Part shown: positions 1-5,800 of the stretch, in pieces
How the letters are laid out: each line of letters starts with the position of its first letter
Position numbering within the stretch: the first letter of the stretch is position 1
NCBI GenBank assembly: GCA_028700115.1
Contig: JAQVTI010000002.1
Coordinates: forward strand, 49,821 to 81,820
From: Candidatus Iainarchaeum sp.
Lineage (GTDB): Archaea; Iainarchaeota; Iainarchaeia; Iainarchaeales; CSSED10-239
DNA length: 32,000 bases
Direction of reading: 5' to 3'
Notes under the pieces: model-generated
What the model saw: the letters and a program-made list of their open reading frames with translations, nothing else
Database searches by the model: none
What the model was told of the DNA's origin: nothing
Made by a program: the position numbers and the translations under genes

Positions 1-4
1 ATTT

Positions 5-370
5 ATGTATGTTTTAACAAATATCAAATTATGGCTTCATTATACAGAAATTGAAAAAAGTTGTATAACTGAAACAAAAACAGGACTTTATTTTTATCCA
101 GAGTATGCAGGTTATTCTAGTGAGAAAGCACAAAAAGATGCAGAAACTAGAGTTTTTGAAAAAAAATTAAGTAATTTTTTAGATGATTGTGGGAATTTTA
201 GATCTATATCACTTCCATATATTGATTACATACCTATTTTAGATCAAATTATAAATGATTTAAATATTACAAAAGCACCTGCATTTTATTATAATGGTAA
301 AGTGTATTATGATGTTCCTGTAGACCCAACACAAGAATTTTATGATTCATTTGGATGTATTAAAAAATAA
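5..370 (+). CDS. hypothetical protein (possibly 5'-truncated by the window edge)
   Basis: 121-codon ORF in an AT-rich background where random ORFs are short. The frame is open to position 2, so the true start may lie upstream of the window. No motif recognised. Confidence 0.4.
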   Translation: MYVLTNIKLWLHYTEIEKSCITETKTGLYFYPEYAGYSSEKAQKDAETRVFEKKLSNFLDDCGNFRSISLPYIDYIPILDQIINDLNITKAPAFYYNGKVYYDVPVDPTQEFYDSFGCIKK

Positions 371-411
371 TATTTAACGAAAAATTGTTTTAAAATATTA
401 AAAAAAATATT

Positions 412-708
412 TTGTTATATATAGCTATTGGGGTTTTAGCTTTAATAATTTTAATATTATTATTTAGCTCGGGCTCAGATAGTTTAAATAAAAAAATCTA
501 TAAAAATTTAAATAAAAATGATTGGAAGATTTATGAAGATGAACAAATAAATCTTGCAATTGCTTATCCAAATTCTTTTTCTTATGAAAATTTAGAAAAT
601 TCAACAATTTTTCCAGATTCTCAAAAACCTGATTTTTATTATACATTTGATCCAATTGTTTTATATATTTATTTATTGTTTTCTATATTTTTTAAATTAT
701 TTTGTTAG
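412..708 (+). CDS. hypothetical small membrane/secreted protein (TTG start)
   Basis: N-terminal hydrophobic segment (IAIGVLALIILILLF) followed by a W..Y....I.YP..F-type segment common in small secreted proteins. TTG start with no clear SD, and an odd hydrophobic C-terminus. It may be a decayed gene. Confidence 0.3.
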   Translation: MLYIAIGVLALIILILLFSSGSDSLNKKIYKNLNKNDWKIYEDEQINLAIAYPNSFSYENLENSTIFPDSQKPDFYYTFDPIVLYIYLLFSIFFKLFC

Positions 709-724
709 ATAGGCATTAAGTTAA

Positions 725-943
725 ATATATTTAATAGATAATAGTTTTTGGGATGTTACAGTTTTAAATTATGGTTCTTCTGGAGCAGATAATTATGGTG
801 TAACTGGAAAAACTGCAACTGAATTAAAAACACTTGTAACATATAGTGATTGGAATATTTCTACAACACAAGGAGATAGTTCTGTTATTTGGTATATTGA
901 TGATGGAAATTATTATCCTCATTTACAATGGGAGTATCAATAA
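725..943 (+). pseudogene. start-less orphan ORF resembling the C-terminal end of a large surface/adhesin protein
   Basis: 72 sense codons between TAA (722-724) and TAA (941-943) with no ATG/GTG/TTG start. Translation: ...GKTATELKTLVTYSDWNISTTQGDSSVIWYIDDGNYYPHLQWEYQ*. This matches the widespread terminal pattern T..elk....y..W.....W.i....YP.L.W seen at the ends of big extracellular proteins. Confidence 0.35.
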
Positions 944-945
944 AT

Positions 946-1596
946 TTATTTTGTTTTATTTTTGAAATTACAAAATTTATTTATTTTACAATTTCTACAA
1001 ATTGGAGAAATAGGTTTGCATATGTTTTGGCCTAACATAACAAATAAATAATTAGTTTTATTCCATAAATCTTCTGGGATTTTTTTTCTTAAAACCATTT
1101 CTGTTTCTAAAGGATTTTCGGTTTTAATAAATTCTATTCTATTAAAAATTCTGTGAACATGCGTGTCTACACAAATACCTGGAAGATTAAAGGCAACTGA
1201 TCTTACAAGATTAGCTGTTTTTCTTCCAACTCCTGGAAGTTTAATTAAATCTTCAATTTCAGAAGGTATTTGTTCATTAAATTCGTTGTTAATTACTTCT
1301 GGTAATTTTTTTAGAAATTCTGCTTTTTGTTTATAGAAACCTACTGGGTATAATAATTTTTCTAATTTTTTAATTTCTATTTTTTCTAGGTCTTTAAAAT
1401 TTTTAATTTTTTTAAAAAGTTTATTACAAACCTTTGCAGTAGTTTCATCTTTTGTTCTAGCTGAAAGAATAGTTCCAATTAAAACAAAAAATGGTTTTTT
1501 TGTTTTAACTTGTATTTGTTCTGCAAGAGGTATTGTGTAATCTTTTAGACTTTCTTCTAAAATTTCATAAACTTCATATATGTCTTTTGAGTTCAT
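946..1596 (-). CDS. nth: endonuclease III (DNA-(apurinic/apyrimidinic site) lyase / DNA glycosylase)
   Basis: HhH-GPD signature LPGVGRKTANLV and VDTHVHR Asp motif. C-terminal 4Fe-4S ligand pattern C-x6-C-x2-C-x5-C (CKPISPICRNCKINKFC). The ATG lies 2 nt after the pmbA stop, so this is the last gene of a minus-strand operon. Confidence 0.9.
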   Translation of the reverse strand: MNSKDIYEVYEILEESLKDYTIPLAEQIQVKTKKPFFVLIGTILSARTKDETTAKVCNKLFKKIKNFKDLEKIEIKKLEKLLYPVGFYKQKAEFLKKLPEVINNEFNEQIPSEIEDLIKLPGVGRKTANLVRSVAFNLPGICVDTHVHRIFNRIEFIKTENPLETEMVLRKKIPEDLWNKTNYLFVMLGQNICKPISPICRNCKINKFCNFKNKTK

Positions 1597-1598
1597 TT

Positions 1599-2900
1599 CT
1601 AAATTAATTTTCTTTTATTTAGTTTTGCAAATGAAAATAAAGAACTTCCTGAAAATTTTTGTTCTTTAGAAAACTCGCAATTTTTATAAACATCCATTAT
1701 GTTTCCTGCAAAGTTTAAATTTGTAATTGTTTCTTTATATTTTCCATTCTCAATTACTTTTCCACTATTAATTACTAATGTAAATTCTCCTGTATCAATT
1801 TTATTAGTATGCATTCCAAGTATACTATAAACTAAAATTCCTTTTTTAGTTTTTGAAACTATATCTTCAATTGATTTTTTTCCAGGTTCTTGTAAAATAT
1901 TTGTGTGTCCTGTTAAGATTTGATTAATTAAAGTATTCCTAAATCCATTTCCAGTTGGTTTTTCTGAAAACTTAAGAGCATTTTCTTGATCGTATATTTC
2001 TTTTTTGAAAACTCCTTTTTCAAATATCTTTTTTCTTGAAGTTTTAAATCCTTCATCATCAATTGCTTGGCTTCCTAAAAAATAATCTAAAAAAGGTTCT
2101 TCGTATAAGCTAAGTTTTTCTGAAAAAATTTGTTTATTTTTTTTATCTAATAAATATGATCTTCCTTTTTTTATATCTTCTCCAATACTTGCTTCTAGTA
2201 AAAATTTACTTAGAATTTGTTTGTTAACCTCAGGAGTTAAAATTATATCATATTCTCCTTTTTTTCCTACTTTTGGAGATAATTGATTATATGCATTAAA
2301 TTTTGCTTGATTAAATACATTTTTTACATTTATATCTTTTTCTTTTGTAAAAGTTTGATAATGCCATCCATTTGAAGATTTATTATTTTTTTTTGTAACA
2401 ATGTAAGTTGATAAATCTATATATGAAGATTCTTGTTTATATGAGGTATATGGATTAAAATAACTTTCATATGAATTTATTTTATTTGCTTCACCTATAT
2501 AGTTTTTAAAATATTTTTCTTTAGTTAGATTTTTTTTAATTTCTGGAATTAGATCTCTTGCATTTAGGTCTTTTATGTCTTTGTCTTGTTTTATTTTTCT
2601 TTTAGAAGTTTGATTTCCAAAATCTGTAATTAAAGTTTTTGTTTTTAATTTAGAAATTTTTAAAGTTTTTCTAATAGCTTCAAGTATATTTTTTTTAGAA
2701 ATATCTGTAATTGTAGTATCTGCAATTTTTCCTTTATTAATTGTTCTTACAAATAGTCTTTGAGATTCTTTATTTTCTACTTTATTTATATCAAATTTTT
2801 CAAAATTTATATTTTCTGAGTTTATTTCTCTATACATTATTTCAACATGCTTGTCTTCTGCTAATTTTTTACAATAATTATAAATTTCTTCTTTATTCAT
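1599..2900 (-). CDS. pmbA: PmbA/TldE-family metalloprotease partner subunit
   Basis: Family-typical segments: AIDDEGFKT, and GILVYSILGMHTNKIDTGEFTLVINSGKVIENG. It sits immediately downstream of tldD. I moved the start from the track's TTG (2915) to the ATG at 2900 (MNKEE...), which has GGAGGT (2908-2913 on the minus strand) 7 nt upstream. The ATG overlaps the tldD stop by 8 nt. Confidence 0.8.
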   Translation of the reverse strand: MNKEEIYNYCKKLAEDKHVEIMYREINSENINFEKFDINKVENKESQRLFVRTINKGKIADTTITDISKKNILEAIRKTLKISKLKTKTLITDFGNQTSKRKIKQDKDIKDLNARDLIPEIKKNLTKEKYFKNYIGEANKINSYESYFNPYTSYKQESSYIDLSTYIVTKKNNKSSNGWHYQTFTKEKDINVKNVFNQAKFNAYNQLSPKVGKKGEYDIILTPEVNKQILSKFLLEASIGEDIKKGRSYLLDKKNKQIFSEKLSLYEEPFLDYFLGSQAIDDEGFKTSRKKIFEKGVFKKEIYDQENALKFSEKPTGNGFRNTLINQILTGHTNILQEPGKKSIEDIVSKTKKGILVYSILGMHTNKIDTGEFTLVINSGKVIENGKYKETITNLNFAGNIMDVYKNCEFSKEQKFSGSSLFSFAKLNKRKLI

Positions 2901-4260
2901 GTGTACTACCTCCAATTACAACATCTTTAATTTTCATGTATGGTCCAGAGTCATCTACATTTACTGATTGACCACCTTTTCCACAATATCCTGGTTCCCA
3001 TTCATATGTGTTTCCTATGTCTTGGATGTTGTTTAGGTATTTTAATATACTTCCAGAAATTGAAGCTTGTTTGAAGTTATCAATAACTTCTCCTTTTTCA
3101 TATTTTATAGCTTGTCTTATTCCAAACATAAAAGTTCCAACTGCAGGATCTACTTGTCCTCCAAAAGGTCTTTTTAATAGGTAACCTGTAAAGTCTTTTA
3201 ATAAGTCTTTATTTTTCTTAGTTCCTTTTTTAAAATAAGTATTACTCATTCTAACAATTGGAATGTATATGTAGCTTTGAGCTCTTGCAGATCCATTTGA
3301 TTTTTCTCCAAGAGTTGTTGCAGTTTCTATATCTTTTAGATATTCATTTACAACTCCATTTTTAATTAAATATTTTGGTCTTGATTTAAATCCTTCATCA
3401 TCATATGCAAAGTAACCATGTTTTTTAAGAGTAGGGTCATCTATTAAATTTATATTTTTATTTTTAGAAACAACTTGTCCCTTTCTTAAAACACTATCCT
3501 CTAAAACTATAGCATCAGCTTCACTAGAATGCCCTATTGCTTCATGAGCTAGAAGTCCAGAAGTTTCTGAATCAATAATTACATTTGATTTTATTGCTGG
3601 ACAAAGTTTAGCATTTATTTGTTTTTTTGAAAAATTGTAATTTTCATTTATTAATTTTGTGTAATCTGTTATATTATAAGTTTCAAGTCCACCCACATTT
3701 GCAAACTTTTGATAATTACTTTCTATTTTATTATCTTTTTTTAAATTTATAAAATTTGCAATTGTGCTTGTAGGTGTTTCTTGATATATGAATGAATAGG
3801 GGCTTACAAAGTATTTTTTTAAAATTTCCTCTTTTTTAAAAAGTTTTGTGTTTTTTACATATTCTTTTGAGAAATTTTCTGAATTAATTTTTTTAAGCTC
3901 TTTAACTTTTTTTTCAATATCTTTTTCTTCAAAATTTTTATATTTAAAAATAGCTTTTGCTTTATTTTTTGAAAAGTTTTCAAGATTTATTTTTTGAGTT
4001 ATCTTTTTTGTGTTTTCTATACATTCATTAATTATTTTTTTATAATTTTCAATTTTATTAGTTGAACAAAAACCAATTTTTTTATCTAAGTAAACTCTAA
4101 TACCAATTCCATTAATTTTTTCTTTTTTAATATCTTTTACATCTTTATTTTCTATTTCAATATAAGTTAGTTCTTTTTCTTCAATTCTAAAATCATAATA
4201 ATCTAAGTTTTTTGATTCAAGAAATTTTTTAATTTCATCAATTTTTTCTTCATAATTCAT
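2893..4260 (-). CDS. tldD: TldD-family zinc metalloprotease
   Basis: HExxxH zinc motif in LLAHEAIGHSSEAD, plus the typical YDDEGF and GxC(G)KGGQ C-terminal region (PGYCGKGGQSV). 455 aa is the typical length. Confidence 0.85.
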   Translation of the reverse strand: MNYEEKIDEIKKFLESKNLDYYDFRIEEKELTYIEIENKDVKDIKKEKINGIGIRVYLDKKIGFCSTNKIENYKKIINECIENTKKITQKINLENFSKNKAKAIFKYKNFEEKDIEKKVKELKKINSENFSKEYVKNTKLFKKEEILKKYFVSPYSFIYQETPTSTIANFINLKKDNKIESNYQKFANVGGLETYNITDYTKLINENYNFSKKQINAKLCPAIKSNVIIDSETSGLLAHEAIGHSSEADAIVLEDSVLRKGQVVSKNKNINLIDDPTLKKHGYFAYDDEGFKSRPKYLIKNGVVNEYLKDIETATTLGEKSNGSARAQSYIYIPIVRMSNTYFKKGTKKNKDLLKDFTGYLLKRPFGGQVDPAVGTFMFGIRQAIKYEKGEVIDNFKQASISGSILKYLNNIQDIGNTYEWEPGYCGKGGQSVNVDDSGPYMKIKDVVIGGSTHE

Positions 4261-4364
4261 ATTTTATCATTTTATAGATTTATATATATTATTTCTATTT
4301 TTTTAGTATTTATATTAATATAGAAATATTTATATTATATTTTATTATATATTTATATATATTA

Positions 4365-4446
4365 TTTTTTTTTAATATAATTTATTTTTTTTTAAATATA
4401 ATTTATTTTTTTTTAAATATAATTTATTTTTTTAAATATAATAAAA
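4365..4446. repeat. four phased copies of T7-9 + AAATATAATTTA (20-21 bp period) in the divergent tldD / gtrA-like intergenic region
   Basis: Direct reading: T9-AATATAATTTA, T9-AAATATAATTTA, T9-AAATATAATTTA, T7-AAATATAATAAAA. Each unit contains TTTAAATATA, which fits the archaeal TATA-box consensus TTTAWATA. Confidence 0.7.
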
Positions 4447-4509
4447 TCTTTAAATAATTTTTTAAAAATAAAATAATATAATATATAATATTTTAATAAA
4501 TATGACGCT

Positions 4510-5031
4510 ATGACACAAAAAAAAATAACAGATTTTAAATATATTTCTAATAAAAAATATAGTTTTTCAAAATCTTTACTTTCTATTAAAAAAAATTCTT
4601 TTTTACATAATGTATATTATAGATTAATTGAAATTTCTATATTGTATAAATATAAAAATAGAATAAAATATGGTTTTATTTCATTAATAGGAGAATTTAC
4701 TGATATTTTTATTTTATTTATTTTAACTCATTTTTTTAATTTTTATTATTTATTTTCTGCATTAATCTCTTATTTTTGTGCAATTTTTATTAATTTTAAT
4801 TTAAATAAAAAATTCACATTTAAATATAATGAAAAAAATTTAAAAGAATATTTTTTATGTTTTCTAAAATATTTTTTAATTTCTATTGGTGGAATGATAA
4901 TTAATTTATCTCTTTTGGCATTTTTAGTAGAATTTTTTAGTATAAATTATTTAATTTCAAAATTAATTGTAAATATTATTGTTTTTATTTTTATATATAA
5001 AGGGCATTCTTTTGTTTTAAAATTAAATTAA
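4510..5031 (+). CDS. GtrA-like polytopic membrane protein (putative glycan/lipid-linked sugar handling)
   Basis: About four hydrophobic helices. The GtrA-family loop motif is INFNLNKKFTFKY (compare nF.lnr.w.F). There is a 45-aa N-terminal extension. Confidence 0.55.
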   Translation: MTQKKITDFKYISNKKYSFSKSLLSIKKNSFLHNVYYRLIEISILYKYKNRIKYGFISLIGEFTDIFILFILTHFFNFYYLFSALISYFCAIFINFNLNKKFTFKYNEKNLKEYFLCFLKYFLISIGGMIINLSLLAFLVEFFSINYLISKLIVNIIVFIFIYKGHSFVLKLN

Positions 5032-5048
5032 TATTTTTTTGATTTTTT

Positions 5049-5103
5049 ATAATTTTGTTCTAATTTTGTCATAATTTTGTTATAATTTTGTTATAATTTT
5101 AAT
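5049..5103. repeat. five tandem copies of (A)TAATTTTGT(T), about 11 bp period, upstream of the pilin-like locus
   Basis: Read directly: ataattttgttc / taattttgtc / ataattttgtt / ataattttgtt / ataattttaat. It lies between the gtrA-like stop (5031) and the pilin-like start (5201). Confidence 0.7.
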
Positions 5104-5200
5104 TTATCTTAAAATTAAATAAATTATATACCTTTTTATTTCTTTCTATTTACATATTTTTTTATTTATTTATTATTAAAATAAAAAAGGTGATATAAAT

Positions 5201-5674
5201 ATGAATAAAAAAGCAATTTCACCACTTATTGCAACAGTTTTGTTAATTGTTGTTGCAGTTGCATTAATTGCAATTGTTTTAAGTTGGGGAAAATCATTTA
5301 CAACACAAGGACTTTCAGAAACTGGAAATGTAGTTGATACAACTTGTACTGGTGCTACTATTACTATTCCTTCATGTAGTGTTAAAGATGGGAATATAAT
5401 ATTTTATGTAACAAATAATAGTTCTACATATGATTTTGCAACATCAGATAATTTTGTATTTGATGTAACTAGTGATACTGGGGTTTATAATGCTGATAAT
5501 AATTTAAGTACATATACTTCAGAAGCATGGGCTGGATTATCAACAGGTGCAACTGTTCAAGTATCAGCATCTTTAACAACATTAGCTGTTACAGGAAATA
5601 GTTATGATGTTGCTGTAAGATCTTCTATTTGTTCTTCTGATGCAGTTTATACATTTAAGAATTGTCATAGTTAG
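5201..5674 (+). CDS. archaeal type IV pilin-like protein (class III signal peptide, archaeal flagellin N-terminal-like domain)
   Basis: N-terminus MNKKAISPLIATVLLIVVAVALIAIVLSWGKSF is the classic K-(A/G)-x-SP-(V/L)IATVLLI prepilin-peptidase substrate motif plus a hydrophobic helix. The mature part is Ser/Thr-rich with 4 Cys. GGTGAT SD at 5189-5194. Confidence 0.8.
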   Translation: MNKKAISPLIATVLLIVVAVALIAIVLSWGKSFTTQGLSETGNVVDTTCTGATITIPSCSVKDGNIIFYVTNNSSTYDFATSDNFVFDVTSDTGVYNADNNLSTYTSEAWAGLSTGATVQVSASLTTLAVTGNSYDVAVRSSICSSDAVYTFKNCHS

Positions 5675-5800
5675 ATAATTCTTTTCTTTTTTTTTAATTA
5701 ATTTTATTGCCGGGCATATTCTTAAATATAAATTTAATGTAATATATTTATGGATTATAATTTTAATAAAAAAGCAATCTCACCATAAATTGCAACTGTT

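Noticed and set aside
464-655. 63-aa minus-strand ORF from the track
   Set aside because: It is antisense to the 412-708 ORF. Its Lys/Asn/Phe-rich composition is what an AT-rich antisense frame would give, and it has no motif or SD.
2741-2971. 76-aa plus-strand ORF spanning the tldD/pmbA junction
   Set aside because: It is antisense to two well-supported protease genes. It has a low-complexity Phe/Leu/Tyr composition.
4365-4446. Possible CRISPR-like array
   Set aside because: The period is only 20-21 bp with no unique spacers. The units are low-complexity A/T, and there are no cas genes in the window.
5786-5788. Genome-wide reassignment of TAA as a sense codon
   Set aside because: TAA terminates well-aligned housekeeping genes here at their expected ends (tldD, gatD, ileS, HIT, kae1). 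TAG terminates gatE, asnS, cysS and pmbA, and TGA terminates the thermosome gene. The standard code therefore applies.
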